Notes under the pieces: model-generated | Seen by the model: only the letters and a program-made list of their open reading frames with translations | Database searches by the model: none | What the model was told of the DNA's origin: nothing | Assembly (NCBI GenBank): GCA_012026655.1 | Contig: JAAILG010000651.1 | Location: 1 to 64,000, forward strand | Reading direction: 5' to 3' | Source: Hydrolagus affinis | Taxonomy: Eukaryota | Length of the DNA stretch: 64,000 bases | Shown: positions 36,855 through 49,170 of the stretch, in pieces | Layout: the number at the start of each line of letters is the position of its first letter | How positions within the stretch are numbered: position 1 is the first letter of the stretch | Made by a program: the position numbers and the translations under genes

Positions 36855-37990
36855 TCAGCCTGATCCCACATGCTTCAATAAAACGCTGACTCGCAGGTCA
36901 TCAGGTGAATCACTTATGGCATCTCATAAGTCCAAGAAAACTTTAAACCCATGTAACTGATTGGTAAGGTTATTTTGGGGACACCCAAGCCAAAATAAAA
37001 TAGATCTTTGATGCGGGGCAATATAAATTAATATGAAAGACGGTCCCCTTACATAAGGTGGTGACTGCATTTCACTGCACTTAATTTTGTTTTTAAAAGA
37101 AACACACCAGAAGGATCCATTTCACTCTGAAATCGATAGAAAGTCGAGCTTTCAGTTAATGGCACCCATGCACACTCATGTTCACAATACCCCATAAGCC
37201 TATGACAGAAAACAAAAGTGAAATCCTTAGCAGATCGCTTGTAAATTGCGGTGTTCGAGAGAGACGATAGAGCCAGTTCGCTGCGGTTACCACAGAGCAC
37301 CTTCATTCGATGAACCCTGGGCAGCTCATTTAGCTGCGTGTCCGCCACACATGTTTCAATCATTTGCTCAAATTATTAAACTCAACAGAACAGAATCTCC
37401 CTGTTTACAAAGCTAACAAAGCACATGTGAGAATACAATTAATCCGTCCTAAGTGTTTCAGTGTGCCACAGGAAAACTTGTCGTTGACTTGAAACTGATC
37501 TTACAAATGGGTATTAAGTTTGATTATAGTTGGATTAGGGAGAGTTTTTAGTAAAATGCCTGATACATTCTGTTCCTTTTTTGTTCCCACATTGTCTGTG
37601 TAACAGAATCCCTTGCAGATCTTACCCGGCTCTGTGCCTTGAATAGATTAAGAATAAAGTTCTGTTAAGTGCTATTCTGTGTGACCCTATACCTTCCGAG
37701 AAGCAGCCATTGGAACTCGGAATCCAGATGATTTTGTTGTTCGAGTTCTTTAGGAAACTGCTCACTATTTGCTGTTGGATTTGGAAGACTAAAGAGCAGT
37801 CGGTTGGTCAGTCAGAACCCGAGTGTGTGCAGCCGAGTGTGAAGGAAGGGGGGGAGACGCAAGAAAAACGTTGCTGAGTTAGTGGGGTGCTGCTCTTCAA
37901 AGTTCGGAAGCCACTGGTGTAGCCCAACAGCTAAACAGTCACAGACATACCAACCCACAGAGCCTTACCATTTAGTTTACAATACACTCA

Positions 37991-38274
37991 CTGTAGCTCA
38001 GTGATTAGAGCACTCGCCTTACCCAAGCGTGAGACCTGTGTTCGAATCCAGTTAGATCAGGGCATGTTTCCTTACTCTACACGCCTAATAATAATCCGTC
38101 CAAAAATAAACACAATAATAAAAATTGGTAATTTCAATCCGCGACTGTTTGCGCTGTGCGCAATCAGCTGCCGAGTTTCGCCCCGAATAAACAGTCAATT
38201 CACGTAATAGTATATTCTGTGAAGAGCTTTGAGACGTTGATAAGATGTGAAAATCGCTATATCAAATGGAAGGA
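37991..38274 (+). mobile_element. Near full-length tRNA-derived SINE with small internal deletions
   Basis: ctgtagctcagtgattagagc...gttcgaatcc...gctatatcaaatggaagg. Confidence 0.88.
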
Positions 38275-41200
38275 AAAAAATGAATTGCCAAACGTGAACA
38301 TCTTAGAAGCTTAGAAATTATTTCTCTGACAAAATTATTTTTCTCTTTTGATCCTCCTTTTAAAATACAGTACAGAAGTCATTAGGCATGAGCTGTAATA
38401 AATTTTCAGCACAGATGCTATCCTGAAGTCATTAACTAATGGTTGATATGTTACAGTATGCCTGGCCTGTGTGGAAATTAGTGCTGGATCAAATCCCAGC
38501 TTAGTCAGTGTGGGGCAAAATTAAAAGCTTTTCTCCTCATAATATTGAAGTGAAGCTTGAGTTGGTAGGTGGGTGGATGGGTAGGATACACTGACCCTGT
38601 ATACATTGGAGTTAAACTGCAATTTTGATTGCTTTACATATAATGATAGCTACGGCTTGTGTAATCATTTGGCAATCAGAGTATAGTACGCTGCTGAGGG
38701 TAGGGGAGCTGGGGAGAAAATACTTTCAAATTCAGACATTTGGATTTTCTTTGTTCTGATTGATTCAGAAATGAAAACCTTTGCAATCAGATGAGGCAGG
38801 ATTCTGTCTCAGGATAAATTCTTTAGGGAGAATGTGAACATGTAACCAATGCAAACATTTGATTCAGGGCTGAGCGAGTGATCTGTAATACACAGCACAT
38901 GGCACCAATAATAAATCGGTTGTGTGTCATGGTGTGCTCATTCATGATTGTGTTAATGGTTGCTCAAGTTGGGTAGTGTGAGTTTAAATTTTGACTCAAA
39001 GGCGACCGAATTAATTTCACTCCAGTGGATCATCAAACCAAATCTCTTCCTCGCTGCCCCACAACAACAACAACAAATGACATTTGTATAGCGCCCTTCG
39101 CTTTGGGAGGACATCTGTAAGGCACTGAATTTCCTGACACCTGAGCCTTGTGAATGCTTGTGTTGGGGTTAAGGGAAGGGAGGAAATCTATTCTTTGCAT
39201 TCTAGATCCTACGTGCACAGCGTTCACACTGTTTCACATCCCTTTGGACTTGCGTTCTCGCTCATTCCTATTCTTGTCCACTTTCAGCACAATCTCAGGA
39301 ACCAGGGCAAGGGCAAATTGTTAGAGATTTTATTTGGGAACTTCTCGTTGCGAATGGAACCTTTCTCCTCGTTTTCTGGGATTTGTCTGAAGATGGGAAG
39401 CGAGAGATTGATATCAGATTGGAAACCCAGCCGATGTTGACTTCCTGCATCTTTCAGCTGTAAAACCAGTCAATGCTTACAGCGTATAAGGGGTAATATA
39501 ATATCTGAACTGACCTGCAGACAGCCCCCACATGTTATACCCTTGGGGGGGGGAGAAATTATTCAGCTTGTTTTGTCATGACATGGACTCCATTGCTATC
39601 CTAAAGGATTCGAGCATATAGGTGAAGCTTCAAAGTTGCTTTTGTGATTTGTGATATACTGTACCTGTACCTTAAGCCAGTTTCCTAAACCCTAATGCAA
39701 CCCTTCATAACATGTGTGTTCCACAGCCAGACATATTACCACTGATCCCGCTCAATTGTTGCAACCAAGAACCAGACTACAGTACACGGGACAAATTCCT
39801 CTAAAGTCTGGAATTTGTATTAACAATTCAAAGAGTGCTTTGACAAAGCGCTAACCATAGCGTCCTGCAGTATTCAGTTACTTTCTCAATCTCTCTGAAC
39901 TAGACCGTCAAGAATACAGATCCCCACCACCACACCCAACGTAACCTTGAACATCTTTCATATCAGCACTCATTTCAATCTTCAAAGAGTGGTTGTAATT
40001 TCTGTCCATCATTCACCACATGCTGTCTTATTTGTCTCAATTCATACTTACAATTCTGGGTATTTTGTTTTAAAACAAAAGGAGACCAAAGAATTTAATG
40101 CACACTGAAGGGCTATTCAGTAGAGTTTGAAGGAATCCAGTTGTATCAGCTTTATTGCAATCTGGCAACCGTCATGGAGAAAATAATCAATATTTCTGAT
40201 ACTCTGAAACATTTGATCCAGCTGTATTACAATAAAAGAACAAACAAGCAAACGAAAACCAAATGCCAAACAAGATATTGGCAACGTGTAGTTATGTATT
40301 CTATTGAAATTGAGTGCACAGTGGGATTTTAAAGCATAATATTTCACTCCATAAAGTTTGTATTTGGTATTTGTTTTGTAAGCTTTTCCTATTTCCTCCT
40401 CTTCTGAAGGCAGTAACTCCATCGCTGGGGTACAGTTCCTTGAGCTCTCGGTGGCCTTGTCCATTCCTGGTATGCGATCATTAACAGTGAGTGGTGGTTG
40501 CCTGTTCAACCATTCAATCACAGCCAGTCTCAATCCAGTTAATACACCCAAACCCCTCCATCAGAGATCACTGCATAGTTCTCTTCATCGGATCAGGTGT
40601 TCAGTTTATCAATTCATGTGAATTAATCATATTATTATTATTAATTGGAATAGGGGTAAAGTTCAGATATGATCAAATAGAATGGTGGAACAGACTCTAG
40701 TGGAACAGACTCCTGTTCCTATGTTCTTTACCACTTATATTGGGATTAAGGACAAAATATAAGATCATGTCAGTCACCTCTCGAGCTGAATAGGTGAAGT
40801 TACTGAATCAGTTTTATTGGAAGATCAATTCTTTTTTTTCTCTCTCACTGAAGCATCAACACAGCAAAGCCCTTAAAACCCCTGGAACGATTGATGCTTT
40901 CGCAGGGATTCCAACCGGTTACAAGCTCACTGCGTGCAACCATTCTGGAAGAGAAGCCGTCTTGCTTTCCAAAACACTCATTCATAAGCTTTGCAGTGTC
41001 GGGGGAGGCACAGCGGACAGAATGCTGGCTGGCACTGCTCTATCAGACGTAACAAAAATGTGCTGACATATGCCGTAGACATTATCGCTGACTACCCGGG
41101 GTCCCGCTGAATTGTGAAGTGCAGGATAGGAGGGTGTGCAGGCTGCTTGCTGAACCCCTCACAGTGCTGCCTTGCAAGCATGTCCCCATTCATTCAAAGC

Positions 41201-44014
41201 ACAATCAATTTGAAGGACAGCTTCAAGACAGACTACGTGACTGGCCGGTCGTTCCAAGTGTCCTCATTTGATACTGCTTAGGTTCTGTACCATCACAACT
41301 AACGATGACCCATCTGCAGATGGCTACCAGAATATAATTTGCTCGATTCCCTGCCTCTTTGATGGTGTTTTCTCCACTAACTCGTGGGACTGCCAGGTTT
41401 TGATGAGTGCGCCTGTCAGGCAGTCGACAGAATTCCAGTTAGAATTCTAATCTCCACTGATGAGCACTGGGCTCAGGGCGTTTACAGTAAACTCCGTAGG
41501 TGTGCAGTCATCTGATGAAAGTAACACAGATCATGTATGAAACGTGTCTTTTTCCCTTAGTGTGAAGTACTGTCGTTCTGTTTGAATTCCCCATTTACTG
41601 CATCAAAATCCCCACTTCTCCAAAGAAAATATGCTAAACTTCCTCTTAGACGCAACTTGCAATTTGTTTCACCTGGGAAATACACTCATTACCATTTGCA
41701 CTACATCACGTGAAGTGTTTTAAAACATCCTCCCAATTTTAAAAGGCGCTATATCAAATACAAGAATTGTTTCCCCCCCACCCCCACCTGAATCTTTGTA
41801 TTATTTAGGCCGTTCTACCTCAAATCTTCTCAAGGGCGATATTGCTACAAGGGCTATTACCGCGCACAATAATCCAGAGGGATTTTCTAGGATGTTACAG
41901 GACAATCCTAAGATTACTGGCTGTTTGTTCCTGTGGAAAGCCATACATACGCTTTGACTGATTTGCTGCTCATTTGAGAAAGTTATGACCTTCGACACCC
42001 GAAGTCTGAACTGAAACATTGAGTTCTCGGGGGATTTTGACGGTTCGAGTCAGTAGTGAATGGTCGTCTGTTTTGCGCTGGGCTGGTGTGGTGGGGGTGG
42101 GTTGCCTGCCCTATTGGGAAGTCAAATTTACAGACTTCTCCGTTTACCTGTCTAACCACTGGTTTCTCTGCTTGCTGCAGATTCCAGATAAATTGGTACT
42201 GACATTTTAACAGGCACTCTACCTTCCCCTGCCCTGTAGACAGGATGTCAGAGTTCTGTATACCCCATAAAACTGAAAACTCAGTTATTAAACCTAATTG
42301 ACTGGCACTGAATTCCACGTATACCAGCAGCAGATGGTGTTCACTCCCAAATCAGCAGAAGAAATGCACTGAGGTGTGTTTGATGGACATATCTCCACGT
42401 TAGCTTGGCTTACCGCTGCTTTATTTAATAAAGCACCTATAAAATCAATAATATTTCAAAAGGCACTTACCAGATAATTGCTGTCAAACGTATTGTGTCT
42501 GTAGGCTTTGTTGTCCCATATGGTGATACGATGCATCACCATTTGAGACAACAGTTCTATTTTGTTTTTGAAAATCATGCGCTTTGCACACAGTTCAGCA
42601 GCTTAAACGCTCGCACTTCACTTTTGGAAGGCGCTGTACCAAACGCACGGATTATCATTGACAACAATAACACTATAGTTATTGTTAATAAACACTTAAT
42701 TGGGCACCCACTGGTCTTCAATTGAATAGACTGATCTTTAATTATTTCGCTGCCAATCCCCAATTTGCTCACAAAACACACAGTGACTGCACTTAGCAGT
42801 ATTTCCTATGAATGCTTTGGAACCAAATGCAAGGATTTTTTTAAAAATGAACCTAATACGTACAAATCTTCCTTTAGTCTTCGCTCACCTTTCCCTGTGT
42901 TCAGTTAACAGCAAAATGTTATTCCCCGTAGTGGATGCAACAGTAAGACACAATAAACAAGTCAGGTTTGCTTTGTAAAGCTAACCATTCAGTAGCATCT
43001 AGTACGGGGAATAATAACATTTTGCTGATAATGCTTGCACGCCAACAAAGGTTCAAAGAAGCAAGGAATCTTGATTCAGTCGCGAACGCTACTGCGAGGT
43101 CAATATCTATACCTTAACCTTCTTTAACATTACAAAATCACATTTCCATTACGTCTGACAGTAAGGAATTAATTGCATGAGCTTCTTCGCAACAAATTAC
43201 AAAAAAAAAGTGTTGTACATTTTAACCTTTATGAGAGTGGAATACAGCAAAGTTGCGCGGCGCCACACATTTAAAACGATCGACAAATTCAGTGAGGAAT
43301 GTTAATGTCACCAATGTTAACATGCCCAGAGCAGGGCTAAGGAAGAGAGGGAATATGATAAACAGGCACACACTATGATGGGAGGAAAAATGCACGTAAG
43401 TTAAATCGAATGAATTGAGCTTTTGTTCTTAGAAAGATTTCCCAGAAGGAAGGATTTGCTCCCATTGTGAAACATTTGCTTTGACTAGAACACAAGCCTG
43501 GCTGCGGGCCACATTTTTCTTTTTGTTTTCCTACACAATCACCTTTCACACACACACGCACGTCTAAAGCTTGCTCGATAAACACATAACAATCTCTCTG
43601 AAACGTTCCCCCCCCACCCCCACTTCATCTTGTTTGCATCGGTTTATTGGAACATTGTGAATTGAGGCTTTGTCGTTTCTTCCTTTCTTTCAACTAATGA
43701 AAGCTGAAAGCAAGTTTTCAGGAGTAGAGTTTGGATCATTTTCGCTTTTACAAAAAGAGTCGCCCTTTCAGCCCCAAGCTGTGATGTTGGGAAAGTTGCA
43801 TTATTACTATCCACATCGGATTGTACCTCGGGAGGTGCAAATCCAGAAGAATTCCATGTAAATGTCGAATTAGATGAGAAAATTGTTACTGCTGCATCTA
43901 TCTTAAAGATGCACAGTCACGGGAGATGAGCAATACATTTCTGCTTACATTTCTGTTGTGGCCAGTTTGTGAAGCGCTTTGAGACGTCTTGAAGTCATGG
44001 TAAGGCGTTGTATC

Positions 44015-44075
44015 ATAGAATCATAGAATTTTACGGCACAAAAGGAGGCCATTCGGCCCATTGAGTCTATGCCCA
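44015..44075 (-). mobile_element. CR1-type LINE 3' tail inserted in a SINE tail, 7-bp TSD
   Basis: atagaatcatagaa (reverse of the CR1 TTCTATGA-type terminal repeat) plus ggaggccattcggccca, flanked by TTGTATC at 44008-44014 and 44076-44082. Confidence 0.85.
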
Positions 44076-45273
44076 TTGTATCCAATGTAAGGATGACTGT
44101 TATTATTATTATTACTGCAATAGACTTGTAAAATTGTGTATATTGCAATGTAAATCTGTGAATTCTCTCCAGTGGAAGAAAATCTCAACAGTTATGTCGC
44201 AAATTATGAGAGATAATGTATTTTCAGCATTGAAAACCTCATCATGAATGCAAATCCATTGCATCTCACTTGTGCACGGAGTTTAAACTCATCTGTGGGT
44301 TTTATAAAATGTACAGCCTGAGTTATTAATACCATAAATCTCTATAAACATCTAATACACATCTAATAATGTTTAGTATGTATAAAATATATGCACTATT
44401 GTGTGTCACCAAAGAAATATGTTGGTGCCTGCCCTGGGTTTCAGGTTAGGTGGTAGATTGAGCCTCATCTGTTCTATGAATGAGTATACCTCTGGGGTGA
44501 AGGTTCAGAAACAGAAGTGAAGGCGGGCGATTCATCACAGTCAATGTGCCTGCCAGTGGTATAGGATTAATGAGGATCTGGCTATATGTTGCGTAAACTA
44601 TAAAACACAAAGTCAACCAGTACTGGTGAGATTAAACATTGTGAATCACACTCCAGTAATATAGTTTTATTTCAGATTTATTTACCGAGATTTTTCACCT
44701 ACTGAACGAGGAATAGAACAGCCACGCACATAATTAGAGAGATTTATGTATCCTACAGTTCAGTGTTTTTTTACACACCAGGTCATTGCTCGAAGCCTGA
44801 AACATCACACACACAGTTGAAACCCAGAGAGAAATGTGGTAACTACTTGCAGATGTTTGGCAAGAATGGTCCAATCGTCCGAGAAGTACAGTAGCATTTC
44901 TGTATTGCTGCATTTAATATAATATGGTTAAAATTGACAATATTGAGGTTAATCGTATCCGAGTTTTAGATACAATTAAGAGATACAATGGAGAAGGAAC
45001 AGGAAATCTGAAGTAGCATTGCAAACCAGGATCAAACTTGGAAGGTTCCCTTTAAACATCTACCCAAAGGAGAACAAGTTTCCCTCTGTGACTTTCCATC
45101 TAGACAAAAATGCACACACTTTGTAAAATGAAGCTGATTGAGCGCAGTTAATGGATCATCCCTTAACATAGTACAACAGCCCATTATTAACACTATCATC
45201 TAATTTCACTCACTAACAATGGTTACTTGACCAGGATTGGTGGTTATAATTAATTGCTCTGAAAACTAATGTT

Positions 45274-45373
45274 NNNNNNNNNNNNNNNNNNNNNNNNNNN
45301 NNNNNNNNNNNNNNNNNNNNNNNNNNNNNNNNNNNNNNNNNNNNNNNNNNNNNNNNNNNNNNNNNNNNNNNNN
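45274..45373. other. Assembly gap (100 N)
   Basis: Run of N. Confidence 1.
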
Positions 45374-45384
45374 AGTCAAGTAAA

Positions 45385-45544
45385 TCTTGACTTGGGAAAG
45401 GACAGGTTTGCAGGGCTGTGGGGAGAACGTGGGCAGGGGGGCGATGTTGGGTTGGGTGGGAGGGGTGCAGGGAGTGAGATTTGGTTAGCTCATTACAAAG
45501 AGCCGGCACAGGCACGATGGGCCGAATGACTTCCTTCTATACTG
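45385..45544 (+). mobile_element. CR1-type LINE 3' UTR
   Basis: gggctgtgggga...aaagagccggcacaggcacgatgggccgaatgacttccttct; same tail family as 44015-44075. Confidence 0.75.
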
Positions 45545-47963
45545 ACACAAAAGACAATGTACTGTAGTCACCAGCCTGTGCACACCAACCTAGTGTAAAA
45601 CCTGCCTCATCAGATATCCTTCAGGCACGCTCAGTGGGAGAATGGTCTCATAATCAGTTGCTTCAAGGGACAAAAATTGTAGTTAATTGCTCCTTGGAAT
45701 TTTCCAATTTATTCTCACAATTGCCTCCCTCCCCCCGCTCATTCTCATAGTGTCCAAGAAGGTCCCATTGTCTGGCAATAATGATTGTGTGTTGGCTGGC
45801 CTTACATTGCCTTGGGGAAAGGAAAGTTTGGCTGGTTTACTGCTATGGCTGTTTGCCATCCAGTCAACCCTCCTGGAGGTGCTGTGATGGTCTCCAAGGC
45901 GGAATAACTTGCAGACACACATCATCCAGGCCAACGTGGGGAAACTGCCAGAGAAAACGTTACAAAAAAAATTGCTCTTGTGAGAATTTCATGTTTGTTT
46001 GCTTCTAGAAAGAAAAGGGCTAGAAAAAGGGGCTCCCCGGTCCCCTCGTACTCCCTTCAGAAAGAACGCCATTTTTATAATATCAAACGTACCTTTCTCC
46101 TGTGTCACAGGAAACACGCCTATCAGTCAGTGTTGGCTCCAACATCGAACTCTCTCCAAATAGCTAAACAAACCCGCTTGGCATTTCTGCAGAAATCCCA
46201 CCTGACAAAACACTGTTGGTCTGATCTTGAGGCTCAGGACTGCCCGTCTCTCAACACATCACTCGTGATGATAGCAAATCGAAATCTATCTTACAGCAAT
46301 ATTGGGAGAGCTCAGGAGGTCAACCAACACAGCAATGACACAAGCTGCATAAGCTCTTTCAAAGTCTCATTTGACCTGACGGTTGTAGTTAATGAAAACG
46401 CATTTGGAGAAGGAGTGGGAGTGGGAGTAGGGAGGGAGGGAGTGAGGGAGGGAGGGGGGGGAAGGGACTATTTTCTTAGCTTTAACTCAATTACGTTTAA
46501 GATATTATCTGTTAATTCTGCAATTTGGCTCAACCTTTCCAACTAGAGAGGTCGGCGAAGTGTTCACCTGGCACTTCCTTTAAAATACAGCTGAGTGTCA
46601 TCAACATTCACAGTCAATGGGCTTTTTAATGCCTCGAATAACACTCTAGTATTCACTAAAGTGGTGTGTTTTTTTTCCTTAAACAAAAGACTGATTTCCT
46701 TGAACAATAGTGTTACTGGCATTTTCCTCGTCATCAATTTCTCTCCCAGGGTCTGAAAGTATAGTCTGGAAGCAGCTAATAAAATGTAAAGTTTTTAAAA
46801 AAAAAATCAAACAAATAGAATGCAATTTGCTTCCTATAGCCTGTTTACAGCAGAAAAGATAGTTAACCACTTATTGTTTTAACAGTCTGGAGTGCAATTA
46901 TTTCATGCACACTGCAGTGAAAGCTTCTAACTAATTCTTCTGTTACCAGGGTCAAACAGATGCTAATTAAGAACAGTTGCAGATGATGAGTGATAGAATA
47001 AAGGATTTGAGCACAAGATTACAGCGTTCATCGGACCCCAGTGAGAGAAAATCATGCCAAAGATCATTTTTATGAAATCGATCAATCTATTGTTCCTAGC
47101 GCCGATTAATCCAATATTCAAATTGGATTAATCCACACAAAAATACTAAGCACGGAACTGAGCCAGCAGTAATAATAATAATGGTTGTATTTGATATAGA
47201 ATCTTATCAAATACTTTAAACTCCTCAAAGCGTTTCACAGAATATACTGTAAAGTGGACTGTATTGTAAAATTGTGAAAGTGAAACTGTATTTTGTGGGT
47301 GAGCCAATAGAGGTTAAAACACCGGGTTTTGATTCCAATTGGCTCCATTTCATTCCATTACATCTCCCAGGAACTACATCAGTAATTCATTTCAGACAGG
47401 CTGTTTTTCTTTTTCAAAAAAGGGAACAGTTTTATAACCTAGACTAACAGCCTAACAAACATTGACATTTCATGGACTGAACTGCCAGAATGAAAGTGAG
47501 GGCACATTTTGACGTGATGTTTGCCACAGCCTCGGCTCAAGGAAGAATGTGAGGAAGCGAAAAAAAATCAGCAGAACCAAGTATCTGCGGTTGGGGAGGG
47601 AGGATTAACCTTTTTTAAAGGCTCTGGTTCTAGAGCCCTTGTGATAATTGTAGCTGTCTGTGCTGTTGCAGAGTGCTTCCATTCAATGTTAAACGAACTC
47701 GATTTGTTACAGAAACCGCAAATCACAAAATCCGTTCACCCGGCAGGGGCTCTTAAAATTGAAATAATTAATCAACGCTTGAGGTGTGGCGTGGTGTGTG
47801 GTGCTCTGATCATTCTGAACAAAACCAGAGCTCTTTCACCTTCCTCTACAGGTGCTTGCTAGTCAGTAAATAACACAAGCAAATGTTGTGAATCAAATAC
47901 AGGCTCCAAATTAAGTCGGCTCCTGAACCCACAAATCATAAAGCCTGTCAACGTTGTTACCGG

Positions 47964-48278
47964 AATAATGATAATAATAATCTTTGCACTTGATAAAAGC
48001 GCTTTTCACGTCTTCTGGACGTCTTAAAAGAATTTCACAGAATATAATGTAAAGTGAACACATAAGACTGTATATATTTGGGCGAAAAGTGGCGGCCAAT
48101 TGCACATAGCTGTGTCCCAGAAACAGTAGTGGATTGAAATGACCAATTTTTTTTTGAGGGATTATTATTAGGCATGTGGAGTAAGGACACTTGCTCAAGG
48201 TTTTGCTCTGTTGGAATTGAACCCAGGTCTCTCACTTGCAAGGCAAGTGCTCTAACCACTGAGCTGCAGGACTCCACA
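47964..48278 (-). mobile_element. Full-length tRNA-derived SINE
   Basis: (aat)n tail to ctaaccactgagctgcaggactccac. An older diverged copy follows at about 48288-48452. Confidence 0.9.
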
Positions 48279-48896
48279 ATAACATCTAATAACAATTATA
48301 ATCTTTGGGTTTCATGCAGCCCCTTATTACTTTGTCAAATCTTCGAAAGAGTTTCACAGAATTTTAATGTGTAGGGTAGCGATTATGTACACAGCAGACA
48401 ATTTGCACATAGCAATGTCCCACAAACAGCAATGAAGTGAATGACCAATTTTATGGTGAGCCAGTGTACTCTTATGTTCTAAGATACCGTTATCTGGGAT
48501 TCATTTTATCCAAATCAGATAAATCTAGTTTTGGAGGGAAAGACATAGACTAGTTAAGCGATTCAGCCAGCTTCAGGCACAAGGTTGAAAGCAGGCTGTT
48601 GGAGGAAGTCTAACTTCCATTCGAATATTTGTGGTTAAAAATGCTACAAATGAGTTTTTGTTACAGAATCCAAAATGCTAAAGGCACATTTTTTCAAGCT
48701 GCAAAAATAGAGTTCACATTTGTCAAATTAATTTGTCCCTTTGCTCTCTTTTGTTTTGTTTGTTACCGAGACTCCCCTCTAGCCCCGGTGAGGGAATCTG
48801 TGTCACAGCTGGACAAGACATTGGCCTGAGATCATTGCTAAGAAGCAGTCCTTTCACCGGGAGTCAACATCGCTTATTTATCCGATTTGCTTCGTA

Positions 48897-49170
48897 TAAT
48901 TTAGTAATCAGTCTTGCATTTGATATAGCTCCTCACCATGTCTTCGAGATGTCTCAAAGTGTGACACAGAATGTACTGCAAAGTGAATTGACTGTATATT
49001 TTGTGGGCAAAACGTGTCAGCCAATTGCATACAGCAGCGTCCCACAAACATTCGTGGACTGAGTGACCGAATGTCTTTTATTATTTATTTTTGAAGGGAT
49101 TATTACCCCCCAGATAAACAATTCACCGATCGACTAACACCCAGGTTTACTGCTGGGTAAACAGAGGCAT
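48897..49170 (-). mobile_element. Long-form SINE, head missing
   Basis: Tail and body plus tcgactaacac..tttactgctgggtaaacagagg, the reverse complement of the extra segment at 13809-13876. Confidence 0.82.

Noticed and set aside
45980-46546. 188-aa ORF, the longest in intron 2
   Set aside because: GTG start, no recognisable domain, runs through a G-rich low-complexity tract; compatible with chance.
47830-47862. Strong-looking acceptor ctctttcaccttcctctacAG as an extra exon
   Set aside because: No convincing downstream donor, a stop in one frame within a few codons, and no ABTB2 sequence is missing between exons 2 and 3.
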